Shown piece after piece: positions 14,871-25,030 of a stretch of 26,394 bases of DNA. The notes under the pieces were generated by a model, which saw only the letters and a program-made list of their open reading frames with translations, made no database searches and was not told the DNA's origin. The position numbers and the translations under genes were made by a program. Within the stretch, counting starts at the first letter, position 1. Each line of letters begins with the position of its first letter. This stretch comes from a virus (taxonomy: Duplodnaviria > Caudoviricetes). The stretch covers positions 1-26,394 of IMG/VR virus record IMGVR_UViG_3300028925_005553. The stretch is one strand, 5' to 3'.

Positions 14871-15089
14871 ATGGCTGAAGCAAGCCTGTTTGAACTATCC
14901 GTAAAAGTTAACACAGATGGTAAAATAGTAACACAAATCAATTACATAAAAAGAGAAACTCTTACCACCGCCTTAGATACATGGAAAAAGGATTATCCCA
15001 ATACCCATGTACTGGGAGCAGTGGTAGAATATTTAAAGAATGTCGGGCACACTGTAGAGGAAGACGTAGCTAAACTTTGTAGGTCTTAG
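14871..15089 (+). CDS. Hypothetical protein (72 aa), last gene of the replication operon
   Basis: ORF coupled to the upstream gene. Its stop overlaps the stop of the convergent gene. Confidence 0.7.
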   Translation: MAEASLFELSVKVNTDGKIVTQINYIKRETLTTALDTWKKDYPNTHVLGAVVEYLKNVGHTVEEDVAKLCRS

Positions 15090-16036
15090 TAATTGTAAGA
15101 GGTTACTTTACCACCACCTGCTAGTTTTTTCTTTCTCTTCTTTTTCTTTACAGCCCCACCATATACAAAGGGGCCACCCCCCTGACCTAACTGTCTAAGA
15201 TCATCATCTACAAGCGGGGCAAACTGTTGGGATGCCGTGTAAGCTTTATTTTTATCCTCATCTACACCTCCTAACATACCATAGTTGCGGGCATCTTGTT
15301 TTCTAGAAACATTCATAGCAGCTTCTGGTACCATTCCCCTTTGTTGAGGCTTATCATACGGGCTGTACTTTAATGGTTGAGGTCTTTCTGGCTGTGCAGG
15401 CATTCCCTGTGGGCTTTCCATATTTGCAAAATCTGGAGCAGCATTAGGGTTTTCACCAAATGGCAGCTCAACAGGAGGTCTACGTTCTTCTGTTCTGTTG
15501 GGCACTGTTGGTCCACTTGTTCTTCCGGCCTCTGCTCTGCCTCGTTCTAACATAGGATTGATGGGTGGTCCTCCTTGTATAGTTTCAGAATCTACCATAT
15601 TATCTACACCAAAATCATTGGTAGAAATAATGTTATCTCCTGCTAACCCCATATTTCTAGGTTCTAGCATGTTTTGTCTTATTGTGTCAAATCTACTAGG
15701 ACTTAATTTAGCCATCTTTTCTTCAGCAGCCTCTCCTGCCATTCCACTTACAGCATTATAATACCCTGTAACTTTTTCATTAGCTCTTTCTCTTAAAATT
15801 TCTTTTTCATCATTGGAAATTGCCTTTTTTCCTTTGAGCACTTTAAGCTCTCGGTTACCACCAATAAAACTTAACAGATCTCGTATGCTACCGTTACCTA
15901 CTTTTATTTGAGTTACAGGAGAAGACTCTATCCCTCTGTGTGGTGGCATCGGTGTTTTTCTTCTATTTTTTTTAGGAATGGTACCATCTTTATTTAACTT
16001 AATACCTTTTCCTGTTTTTCCGCCTCTTGTTGCCAT
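15086..16036 (-). CDS. Hypothetical virion-block protein with basic termini and a Pro-rich disordered centre (316 aa)
   Basis: AAGGAG SD. K/R-rich N-terminus. C-terminus FVYGGAVKKKKRKKKLAGGGKV. Confidence 0.8.
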   Translation of the reverse strand: MATRGGKTGKGIKLNKDGTIPKKNRRKTPMPPHRGIESSPVTQIKVGNGSIRDLLSFIGGNRELKVLKGKKAISNDEKEILRERANEKVTGYYNAVSGMAGEAAEEKMAKLSPSRFDTIRQNMLEPRNMGLAGDNIISTNDFGVDNMVDSETIQGGPPINPMLERGRAEAGRTSGPTVPNRTEERRPPVELPFGENPNAAPDFANMESPQGMPAQPERPQPLKYSPYDKPQQRGMVPEAAMNVSRKQDARNYGMLGGVDEDKNKAYTASQQFAPLVDDDLRQLGQGGGPFVYGGAVKKKKRKKKLAGGGKVTSYNY

Positions 16037-16038
16037 GT

Positions 16039-16275
16039 TTAACTCCTTACCTTTCTAGGTCCGTTGTTGTACATAATACTTCCCCCGTACTTCATTTTTC
16101 GTGTATTGGGGTATTGTTTAACGCCCAAAGGTTCTACGTTAGATAACTCCATTGCATCCACCATTGGTGTAGGCATTTTTACTCGGTCTGTTTCTGTTTT
16201 TGTTGCATTTGGTCTGGCAGACATATCTGCCTTTCCCCCTTCAGCCATATATTTATATGTGTGTTTACCCGGCAT
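16039..16275 (-). CDS. Small basic protein with two GG motifs (78 aa)
   Basis: AAGGAG SD. YMAEGG and KMKYGG motifs. Confidence 0.8.
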   Translation of the reverse strand: MPGKHTYKYMAEGGKADMSARPNATKTETDRVKMPTPMVDAMELSNVEPLGVKQYPNTRKMKYGGSIMYNNGPRKVRS

Positions 16276-16290
16276 TTTATTCTCCTTATT

Positions 16291-19200
16291 TTAAAAAAAC
16301 AATTTATTTAGTTGTTCTTGAGTTGCTTCATCTTCCATTTTAATATTTTGTAAACTGTCTATTTTAGATGTATCAGAATCAGTAAATTCAAAATTATGTT
16401 CCAATTCAAAGTTTATATAATTATCACCCCACAAACTAGATGCACCCCCTGCAGCTTTTAAACCTAAAGCACCTTCCCAGTATGTTTTTAACGAAGTTTC
16501 ATCCACATTACCTTTGGTAAAAACAGCGTGCATTAAATCTGTTAATCTTTCATCTCTTGCCATAAGCATAAACATGTCAAGGTTTTTACCCCTTAATTCT
16601 CTAACATATATTGATCCACCAATCCACCAAGGAGAAACAACTCTTCTTAAATACGACATAGCATTGGACATATGCTGATTAGAAGTATTGGGTGTAGGTA
16701 AATCTTGTAGGTTGACCTGAGCTGACATCTTGTTTGACCAAGAAGAATTATCTATACCTAAATCTTTCATAGTGTGCATCTCAGTATTTATGTATATGGA
16801 CCGTGCTTTTTCCATGTGTTCAGCATTTTTATATAAACCAAATCTTGTATCTAGTAATATACTAGTAATCCTATCCATTTCTCCAATAGCTCTTTCAGTT
16901 ACAGGCATAGTAACATATTCTTTTCTAATTCTGTTAGTGCCGTCTGGCATCACAGTACCTGTGGTGTAACTTCCATCAGGACTAAGGATTCTTACACTAG
17001 TACGATCTTTAAAACCCTTTTCTAAAACACGCCTTATAAAATTATTTGCGTTATTAACCCCCTCTTGGCCTCCTAATTTTTTTGCATATTGTAAATATTG
17101 TTCAATATATTTGCCATCTTCAGATGTAAGAAAATCATACGCTTCATAAAATCTAAATGGTCTTTTTGTGCCAGTAGTATTTATGCCTACTTCTTTTGTA
17201 AAAGCTTGAAAATCATTTACTTGACCTTTAATTTTAACTTTTTTTGCATCTACAGTACGTACAATTACTTGGTCTGCATTTTTAATTATCCTTTGATATT
17301 TTATATATGCAGCTTTTGTGTGTACATCGTTATTTATAACAGTTTTAACAATTGCATCTAAATTACCAGAACTGTTCATTCCACCAAAATTAGTAGTTGC
17401 CATTTCATCTGTAATAGTTAACATAGTACCGGTTTTAAGATTTAACTTATCTAGGTGTTCATATGTACCACCTGACATACCAAACAACGACATTTCATCA
17501 GAAAAATTTTGAATATTATCTAAAATTCTGGTAAAATCTTTTAGGTCTGCTTTTGGAACTGTTGCTGATGTATAACCAGCCCCTAAAGTCCCCCTTCCTC
17601 CCAATATACCGGTGCCTTCTATGGCAATGTTAGAGTAAGTTCCTTCAGCAACTTTAGTTAATATGTTTGTAGTTTTGCTATCAAGATAAAGTCTGTTGTT
17701 CATTTTCCAATCTATCAACGCTGAAAGTTTACTAGAAATTTCTGGATCTATAATTCTTCGTGTAGTCCCCTCAGTTCCTGTTGAAAAACTGTCGGTAACC
17801 ATATCTGTGCCTCTAGCTTTGTTCATAGGTTTAGTTATTATTTCACCGTATCTTTCGTTTAGCATAGATGATGCCCGAGTAGTTTTGCCATCAAAAATCA
17901 AATCTACAATAACATCTAACCACTCTTCAGGGGGAGTTTCATACATTTTATTACTTGGGTTATCCATACTTTTTTTAAATCCTCCAACCCTAGAATCTAC
18001 CCCTGTATACTTAGCTAATGTATTTGCAAACTTTCCAGATTTTGATGTATGAAAATGGTCGCCATAAATTTGTCCGGCACGAAGTATTTTTTGTAACACT
18101 TCATTATTTCCACCCGACACTTCTTTCTGTAAAATACTTAAAGTGTTACCGTATGCTTCAAATATAGGATCTCCAGCTTTTCCAAAACTTCTTCTACTTG
18201 CTGCTAGAGTTTTATGTATATTAAGAACTCTGTCTGCAGGTATTCTAAATCCTTGTTTAAGAAGTTGGGGTACATACTCATTTAAAAGATCCCTAACAGC
18301 TTCACCTTCGTTTGAATTTTGAAGTACAACACGATAGAAGTTTGTAAAATCTTCATAAGTTTTAAGTGCCCCTACTCCTGATGCTTCTATAAGAAGTTGT
18401 CTAACATCTCTGAAGTCTTCTGGAGTTGTATTTTTCTTTAAAGTTTGTATTAACTGAGGTTCAACAGCTTCACCAATAATGTTACTTATTTTTGCAGCAT
18501 CTTTTGGTCTAATTGTAGCTTCACTTTTGTCTACTTTAAAAAACGACTGATCTAAAGTTTCAAAAATAGAACTTAATTTTACAGGTTTATTTTTTAAATC
18601 GTTTTTTACTTCTTTATATATTTGGTCTGCGTATTTCTCTACCACCCCAGCACGTTGGTCATCTAATGTTTGAAATTCTGCACCAGCACTTTTATTATTA
18701 TAACGCTTTGGGTTTTCTCTCAATTGTCCTACAACAGCTGTAAGATTTTTATTGTTTTTTATTCTGGTTTCTTGTATTAATTTAGAAATTTCGTCTTTGT
18801 CTGCATATAACATATTTTTAATGCGTATTCTCATGTCCAATATTTGTTCACCATTTAAATTGTTTCCTACACGGTCAAGAGCATGTGGTGAAGTTAAAAA
18901 TTCTTGTTCTAGAGATAATACAAGATCTAATTCTTTTAATTGTGCATTAGATCTTTTTATCTCAAGATTTCCAGTTTTACTCATTTGAGTTATGTGTGCT
19001 TTAATACTGCCGTATGCTTCTCCATCTGGTAAACCTTTAAACAAAGGTTCTAAAGCTCTTAACAATCTCATAGCACTCTCTCTTCTTGCTTCAATATGTT
19101 CTGCAGCTCTTATAGCTCTCTTAGGATCTACACTAAATCCTAAATTAGCCGCTTCACCCACAATGTTATCCATTGCTTTTAAACCTACTAAACCTTCTAT

Positions 19201-21411
19201 ATCTACCATAGCTAAATTATAATTATTTTTAAATTCCTCCGGTAAATTATTTAAATCTTTTATAAATTGTCTACCATTTTCAATTTCAAATACAAGTTGT
19301 TCTGTAGTACCAGATTTAACTGCTTGAGCTCTGGTGGCAATTATAACATTGGCCATATTTATTTTATGTTTTCTACTTATAGTTGTTCCATTTATAACAT
19401 CCGGAATTTTTTCAGCTATCTGAAACGCAGAAACAGCTGTATCACTGTAGCCTCCTGATCTTCCTCCACTAAACGCAAATTTCATCACATCGTAAAAGGC
19501 TTCTGGTCCAGACAGCAGAGCAATTCCAGCTTGTGGCACAGCTTTAAGAGTAGAACTAATAGGTCTTTTTAAAGATAAAGTATTATTCATAATACCTTGC
19601 TGTATACCTGTAGTAGAAATAGCGTAAGCTGTAGGTAATCCAAATAGTAAGGCACCAATAACATATGGTATAACAGGTTCTTGAGTATTGGTATAATCTG
19701 TAAGTGGCACCCCATAGCCGCCTACAGTCTGGCGTTTTCTCCCACTGAAAAATCCTTGCAAAAATAAACCACCTACGGCTGACGTAGCTGATGTGCCTAT
19801 GTTTAACCTATCACTAAGTTTCATATTTTTAGCCTGAGCTATTCGGCTTCTATTTAAAAAATTAGTAAGTTCAGGAAGATATTTATTTTTATTGTTATTT
19901 AAATAATTTGTTGTAGCTAACGCAAAATAATCTTCTTTAATATATTTATCATGTTCTGCTATTTTATTCCAAGGAAGTTTTCTAGTAGGGTCGTTTTTGT
20001 ACAATACTTCTGCATCTTTTTGTATTGTTCCCCAAAGTTTTTTTCCTAACGGTGTTCCAAAGTTAAAAACTTTTCCACCTATTCTATCTAAAGATCTCCA
20101 CGCCCCAATCATACCAATTATTTCTTGTCCGTATTTTACAGAAGAACTCCTCCCTTCTCCTGCAATAATATTTCCAATTTCACCATTTGATAGTATACTT
20201 CTACCCAATATTGCATCACTTATTTTTTCAGGTGGAGTTATAACGGCAGTAATAAGTGGTACAGAATAGAATGGGGCTATCTTAGAAGATAAATCTCTTG
20301 TTAAATCATAGAATGGTGTCTTAGGAAATGGTATATTTTTTTTTATTTCACCCTTTTTCTTAAAATCAAAAAAACCAACTTCCGCAGTATCTTTTGTAGT
20401 TTCATAAAGAAAAGCATGTGAAGAAAACGCATTATCATTATTTTTTCCCACTACTACAGGTTGGTTATTTATTATTTCTATATCAAGATTTGATAACATT
20501 CCAATTTTATGTAAACCTATGTAGGCAAGTTCTTTACTTTTTTGTTGAACTGATCCTACTCCTCGTATAGCTAAATCAAAAGCACCGGGAACTATGTCAT
20601 AACTAAATCCAGCGTAATGTGCCAATGCTTGACCAGCCATAAGGTCTCCCACAGGTACATCGTACTCTGTAGGTGTTCCATTTTTATTTGGTTTGAATTT
20701 AAAACTAGAACGGTTTTTATTAAAAATAAACTGCTGGCCCAGCCAAGTGTTTTCAAGAATATATGGTGCACCCGTCATTTCTTTACCATTTTCATCAAGA
20801 GCAAACTCTAATTGTCCACCGTCTGTGTGGTCAGATTTATCTTTAAGATAGCTTATTGTATCTATGCCAAAGTTTTTTCTATCTTTAATCCCAGATGCAA
20901 ACTCGTACATAATATCATCTGTTTGGCCATTGGTTTTATTTTCCATTCTAAATATAAAGCCATTTTGGTCTACTATATTTCTGTCAAATAACATTTCTCC
21001 CTGTTCATTTTGTCCTACAGGCAATGAATTAGAGACATCTTCCATAGAAAGCATCTTATTTGCATCCTTTGTGTAGGCAATCCACTTAGGACTTCCTTCT
21101 GAAAAATACTCATAAGTAGGCATAGGCACCTGTGTTTCTGAATCTATCTCCATACCCTTAAAACCACGGTAAATTTTACTTCCCCACAACATGCCAGCTG
21201 GTGTTCCTTTTAAATCTGGAGGAGCTTCGTTACCCTTACGAGGAATAGGCTTCATTTCTGGGTAGTAATATTGAGGAATGTTTATCTCTTCTGTAGGCAC
21301 ATTCAACGCTTCTCCTAACTTTACTTTATAATTAGAAAACAACTCTTCAAGAGCAACTTTACTTTCTGAGTTTACAAAATATTCTTTTTTATCTTCAGAT
21401 ATACCTACCAT
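16291..21411 (-). CDS. Large putative internal virion / ejection protein (1706 aa)
   Basis: Size, position at the end of the structural run, predicted helical character and Gly/Ala-rich hydrophobic segments. No catalytic motif recognised. Confidence 0.65.
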   Translation of the reverse strand: MVGISEDKKEYFVNSESKVALEELFSNYKVKLGEALNVPTEEINIPQYYYPEMKPIPRKGNEAPPDLKGTPAGMLWGSKIYRGFKGMEIDSETQVPMPTYEYFSEGSPKWIAYTKDANKMLSMEDVSNSLPVGQNEQGEMLFDRNIVDQNGFIFRMENKTNGQTDDIMYEFASGIKDRKNFGIDTISYLKDKSDHTDGGQLEFALDENGKEMTGAPYILENTWLGQQFIFNKNRSSFKFKPNKNGTPTEYDVPVGDLMAGQALAHYAGFSYDIVPGAFDLAIRGVGSVQQKSKELAYIGLHKIGMLSNLDIEIINNQPVVVGKNNDNAFSSHAFLYETTKDTAEVGFFDFKKKGEIKKNIPFPKTPFYDLTRDLSSKIAPFYSVPLITAVITPPEKISDAILGRSILSNGEIGNIIAGEGRSSSVKYGQEIIGMIGAWRSLDRIGGKVFNFGTPLGKKLWGTIQKDAEVLYKNDPTRKLPWNKIAEHDKYIKEDYFALATTNYLNNNKNKYLPELTNFLNRSRIAQAKNMKLSDRLNIGTSATSAVGGLFLQGFFSGRKRQTVGGYGVPLTDYTNTQEPVIPYVIGALLFGLPTAYAISTTGIQQGIMNNTLSLKRPISSTLKAVPQAGIALLSGPEAFYDVMKFAFSGGRSGGYSDTAVSAFQIAEKIPDVINGTTISRKHKINMANVIIATRAQAVKSGTTEQLVFEIENGRQFIKDLNNLPEEFKNNYNLAMVDIEGLVGLKAMDNIVGEAANLGFSVDPKRAIRAAEHIEARRESAMRLLRALEPLFKGLPDGEAYGSIKAHITQMSKTGNLEIKRSNAQLKELDLVLSLEQEFLTSPHALDRVGNNLNGEQILDMRIRIKNMLYADKDEISKLIQETRIKNNKNLTAVVGQLRENPKRYNNKSAGAEFQTLDDQRAGVVEKYADQIYKEVKNDLKNKPVKLSSIFETLDQSFFKVDKSEATIRPKDAAKISNIIGEAVEPQLIQTLKKNTTPEDFRDVRQLLIEASGVGALKTYEDFTNFYRVVLQNSNEGEAVRDLLNEYVPQLLKQGFRIPADRVLNIHKTLAASRRSFGKAGDPIFEAYGNTLSILQKEVSGGNNEVLQKILRAGQIYGDHFHTSKSGKFANTLAKYTGVDSRVGGFKKSMDNPSNKMYETPPEEWLDVIVDLIFDGKTTRASSMLNERYGEIITKPMNKARGTDMVTDSFSTGTEGTTRRIIDPEISSKLSALIDWKMNNRLYLDSKTTNILTKVAEGTYSNIAIEGTGILGGRGTLGAGYTSATVPKADLKDFTRILDNIQNFSDEMSLFGMSGGTYEHLDKLNLKTGTMLTITDEMATTNFGGMNSSGNLDAIVKTVINNDVHTKAAYIKYQRIIKNADQVIVRTVDAKKVKIKGQVNDFQAFTKEVGINTTGTKRPFRFYEAYDFLTSEDGKYIEQYLQYAKKLGGQEGVNNANNFIRRVLEKGFKDRTSVRILSPDGSYTTGTVMPDGTNRIRKEYVTMPVTERAIGEMDRITSILLDTRFGLYKNAEHMEKARSIYINTEMHTMKDLGIDNSSWSNKMSAQVNLQDLPTPNTSNQHMSNAMSYLRRVVSPWWIGGSIYVRELRGKNLDMFMLMARDERLTDLMHAVFTKGNVDETSLKTYWEGALGLKAAGGASSLWGDNYINFELEHNFEFTDSDTSKIDSLQNIKMEDEATQEQLNKLFF

Positions 21412-23703
21412 TTAATATTCCAATTCATTAGTGTCTGCAAAAATTCTTAGACTGTCTTGATCATCTTTTGTAATTTGATTAGTATCTACAGCCATTTTAC
21501 TTAAAATAAATGTTAAAGATTTTTTTGTTTGTGGAGTAGCTGCAGAATAAATGCTCATATTAGTAACTTGTCCTGATAATATAAATTGATCACCTGTTAG
21601 TTCGGTTGAAGTTTCGGTGTTGTCTACATTTGAAGTAACACTACTTTCAGCTATTTTGCTTGTCCAATCTGTACTATTTGGTAAGCTTCTTCTATTCATA
21701 GAATTATTACTATCATTTAACATTGGATAAACATTGGTATAATTTAGAGCAGCCCATTTTTGTTGAATATTACCATTGCCAATTCTATCTGCTCTTCCTA
21801 TTATGGAGGCCATACCTAAATCAAATTCATCAAGAGCAGCCAATGCTTGATCCCTTGTAGCAAATGGACTAACAGCTAAAGCCCTTGTTACCAACTCTCT
21901 ATCCCCATCAGAAATAGCTTTACCGCCTTCTCCTTGGAATATAGCTGCAGCGTAGAATACAAGACCACCTCGTAAAAGAGCTAATTTTGAAATCCTAATA
22001 GAATCTTGTTTAGTCGTATTACCTTTAAAATCATCAGCATTTAAATATGCATCATTCATATTCATGCCGCTAAATGTTGTTTTTAAACTATCAAGCAAAC
22101 CTTTAGCTGCATTTAAATTTTTTAATCTTGTTTCTAAATCAGTTTTTTCCTTACCTGTAGCGGTAGCTATTTGAGTATTTAAAGCACTCATTTGACTATC
22201 TAACCCCTCCGTTTGTGCGGTTATTTTATTAGTCATAGCCTCGGAATTAAATTGTTTACTCTCTATTCCGCCAGTAAGTATACTAAATATATCACCCCCT
22301 GCTGTTTTAGCTTGTTCATAAAGAGATATGGCACCTGTTAAAAATGTGCCACCAAGATCTAGTTTATCTATTAATTCTTTTTGTCTTCTTGTGTTGTCTA
22401 ATGCTAATTCACCCTGCCGTGCCAACTCTCTGTAACCTTTTATAATAGTTGGAGTAAGGTTAAAGCGTTCTTCTAAAAGTTTACTGCCGTCATTGTATAG
22501 AAGATCCCTTGCATATCCCCGATCTACCCCTACACCAACAAAACTTCCGGGAAGATCATGGGGACCTGCAACTGCTGCAAGTGCATCTATTTGATAATAC
22601 ACAGCATCTAGATAATTATAATGATAACCCTCTTGTCTTAATTTATAAAGTTGCGATCCCGGCACTAATTTATCATCTGCAAATTTAAATGCCGCATTTG
22701 TTACATAGTTAGCAGCATTTAATAAATCAGGATGTTGAAAAGGGCTGTCATAAACATCTTTAGCTCGCACATCAGCTAACTGACCATTTTTTTTGTATAT
22801 TTTGTTAAGCATGATTGGCCCAAATTGAGTAAATCCAACAGACTGTATAGGGTGCTCTCGCAGCCAAGCCCTCCCGTTGGCATCTGAAATATTATCTGTT
22901 TGATTTAAAGCTTCTTTTTGCGGCAGTGGTGTTGTAAACAGAGCAACTTCAAGACCTACCTGTGAATAGTAGTCGGTAGCTTTTTTTACATCTACAGGAT
23001 CATAAGCTGTGCCTTTTGATGTATACGACCAGCTGTTAGCTATATTCAATGGAACTTCTTTTGGTGCTACATGAAGAATATTATTATTATCAAAAACTTT
23101 ACCTTGCTCATTTTCAATATTCCCTACAATTACACCTTTTATCCAAGGGCTGTAATCACTAAATAATTTTTGATAATTCAAAGCTCCTTCTGACATTCCT
23201 GTATCTGTTTGTCTCATATCTTTATCTATTAAACTTACTCTACCTTTAATTGCACCTTTAATTCTACCTGCTTGCGAAGGATAATTTTTATTTACATATG
23301 CCCATTCAGTATCAGAAAAGTTATTTAGTTGACCAATCCAATTAAAAGCTTTACCAGTAGCATTTGGCCCCTCGGCAGTAGCTTTAATGCCCCACAATTT
23401 TGTACGAATACCTAAATCATACTTAAATTCTTGTGTTTGTTCTTTTAAAAAAGCCTCCACGTTTGGGCCACCCATATTAATAGGTAATAATGAACTGGTA
23501 AATTCATTAAACATACTGGTACCACCTCGTTTTATAAATTCTAATTTTGAAGCATTACCAAATTCCATGTCTTTTAGTTGTTTTTGCTGGCTAAATTCAT
23601 AATCCGCAACACTTCTAGCTGCTTGGGCAGTTTCATACTTTTCTTTTCTTCCTGCTAAGTTGGACAACATACCAACTACAAACGGTACAATTGGAGCTAC
23701 CAT
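21412..23703 (-). CDS. Putative internal virion / ejection protein (about 763 aa)
   Basis: Start re-assigned to ATG 23703 behind a GGGAG SD. Hydrophobic N-terminus MVAPIVPFVVGMLSNLAG and a coiled-coil-like segment. Confidence 0.65.
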   Translation of the reverse strand: MVAPIVPFVVGMLSNLAGRKEKYETAQAARSVADYEFSQQKQLKDMEFGNASKLEFIKRGGTSMFNEFTSSLLPINMGGPNVEAFLKEQTQEFKYDLGIRTKLWGIKATAEGPNATGKAFNWIGQLNNFSDTEWAYVNKNYPSQAGRIKGAIKGRVSLIDKDMRQTDTGMSEGALNYQKLFSDYSPWIKGVIVGNIENEQGKVFDNNNILHVAPKEVPLNIANSWSYTSKGTAYDPVDVKKATDYYSQVGLEVALFTTPLPQKEALNQTDNISDANGRAWLREHPIQSVGFTQFGPIMLNKIYKKNGQLADVRAKDVYDSPFQHPDLLNAANYVTNAAFKFADDKLVPGSQLYKLRQEGYHYNYLDAVYYQIDALAAVAGPHDLPGSFVGVGVDRGYARDLLYNDGSKLLEERFNLTPTIIKGYRELARQGELALDNTRRQKELIDKLDLGGTFLTGAISLYEQAKTAGGDIFSILTGGIESKQFNSEAMTNKITAQTEGLDSQMSALNTQIATATGKEKTDLETRLKNLNAAKGLLDSLKTTFSGMNMNDAYLNADDFKGNTTKQDSIRISKLALLRGGLVFYAAAIFQGEGGKAISDGDRELVTRALAVSPFATRDQALAALDEFDLGMASIIGRADRIGNGNIQQKWAALNYTNVYPMLNDSNNSMNRRSLPNSTDWTSKIAESSVTSNVDNTETSTELTGDQFILSGQVTNMSIYSAATPQTKKSLTFILSKMAVDTNQITKDDQDSLRIFADTNELEY

Positions 23704-23704
23704 A

Positions 23705-24322
23705 TTATATTTCTCCCATAGGTATTGCCGGTTCTTCAACAGGCGGGGTTAGTTGTTCCGGCATCATTTCTTCTTCGCCTCCAGCCATAGGGGGTGGGGC
23801 TAAAAATCCTTGGTCTTGGATCTCAGCATCTTGTTGTTGCATATTGGCTTCTTCCTGTAACTGGGCAAATGCTTCTGGATTTCTATCAGCCATGAGAGAT
23901 AGGACCTGATCATCTGGTATACCATCATCTGTTAACTCGTTTGGATTATTAAATACTTTGTACGGAATATCATGTTCATCGGCATAAGCTATAAAAAAAG
24001 CGGTAAGAGGAGGTTTAATAATTTCCGCTACATCAACAGTCCATTTACCTTCCATAAATCCCCCAAAAGATATTGTGTTGACGATACTTTCAACAGGTAA
24101 CCCCGCAAGCATAAGTTTAGAATACGCAGATTGTGTTTTTTTACTACCTTCAAATTTATCCACTACATATAGTACCGCCTCATCTGGGTCAGTGATATCC
24201 GGAGTGCCTTCCCACGTTCTACTGCCCGGCTCATCTGTCAATGACTGCCCCGGAACAGGGCCATCAAACGGGCGTTTTTCTATATCTTTATCTTCGTTTT
24301 GAATTTGTTGAAAGCCTGCCAT
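23705..24322 (-). CDS. Conserved hypothetical acidic protein of the structural module (205 aa)
   Basis: AAGGA SD. PFDGPVPGQSLT.EPG...WE..P and GFMEGKWTVDV motifs, which I recall from HMO-2011-like phages. Confidence 0.75.
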   Translation of the reverse strand: MAGFQQIQNEDKDIEKRPFDGPVPGQSLTDEPGSRTWEGTPDITDPDEAVLYVVDKFEGSKKTQSAYSKLMLAGLPVESIVNTISFGGFMEGKWTVDVAEIIKPPLTAFFIAYADEHDIPYKVFNNPNELTDDGIPDDQVLSLMADRNPEAFAQLQEEANMQQQDAEIQDQGFLAPPPMAGGEEEMMPEQLTPPVEEPAIPMGEI

Positions 24323-24346
24323 TACTTTTCCTTATGTTATATACTG

Positions 24347-24994
24347 TTAAAGTGCGGGTTTTGCACTAGATATTCTTGTTCCTGAATATTGATTTCTTAC
24401 AGAAATGGCACCTAGTTGTGCTTGAGAAGATAAATTTCTACTGTTACCTCCATAGCTTTGTGCCCCTACGCCACTAACTTCATTATCCATTCTTTCCATT
24501 ATTTTTTGGTCATTTTTAATATTTTGTATTATTCCATAACTTTTAGGCATACCACCTTTTCCTTTTGAAGCACCAAAACCACTTAACGGGCTAGACTTGT
24601 ATCCTCCCCGTTTTTGTCCTACACTTTGTGGTAAAGGAAGTTTTCCAGCAGGCGTACCAACACCTTTTATTCTTAATTTATTAATATACGCCATTGTCTC
24701 TTTAAAGGTATCGCTTGTAATTACCTTTCCACTCCAATGTACGGCTTTTTTTCCAGCCTCATAAGCATCCCCAGCATAGTCTAGAAAACCCCCATCGTAT
24801 TTTCCCGCAGATCCACCACCACCTGTGCCTCTTGGTGAAGAAAACTTTGGAGGAGTGCCACTTCCTACACTACTAAAATCAAAATCATAAGTTTCTTTAC
24901 TTGTTATATAGTCATATGCATCACTAACCTGTTCACTAATATACTCTGCTGAGTCATATACGTAATCCCAAAAAGATGTTGTTCCGTTTGCCAT
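24347..24994 (-). CDS. Hypothetical Gly/Ser-rich virion-block protein (215 aa)
   Basis: AAGGA SD. Acidic/aromatic N-terminal part and a basic Gly-rich C-terminal part. Confidence 0.75.
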   Translation of the reverse strand: MANGTTSFWDYVYDSAEYISEQVSDAYDYITSKETYDFDFSSVGSGTPPKFSSPRGTGGGGSAGKYDGGFLDYAGDAYEAGKKAVHWSGKVITSDTFKETMAYINKLRIKGVGTPAGKLPLPQSVGQKRGGYKSSPLSGFGASKGKGGMPKSYGIIQNIKNDQKIMERMDNEVSGVGAQSYGGNSRNLSSQAQLGAISVRNQYSGTRISSAKPAL

Positions 24995-25030
24995 GTTTTT
25001 TCCTTAATTTATTTAATTATTTAGCTGAAA

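Noticed and set aside
16291-21411. Possibility that the 1706-aa protein is a virion RNA polymerase
   Set aside because: I found no DxDGD (multi-subunit type) or convincing T7/N4-type polymerase motifs. It cannot be fully excluded without structure prediction.
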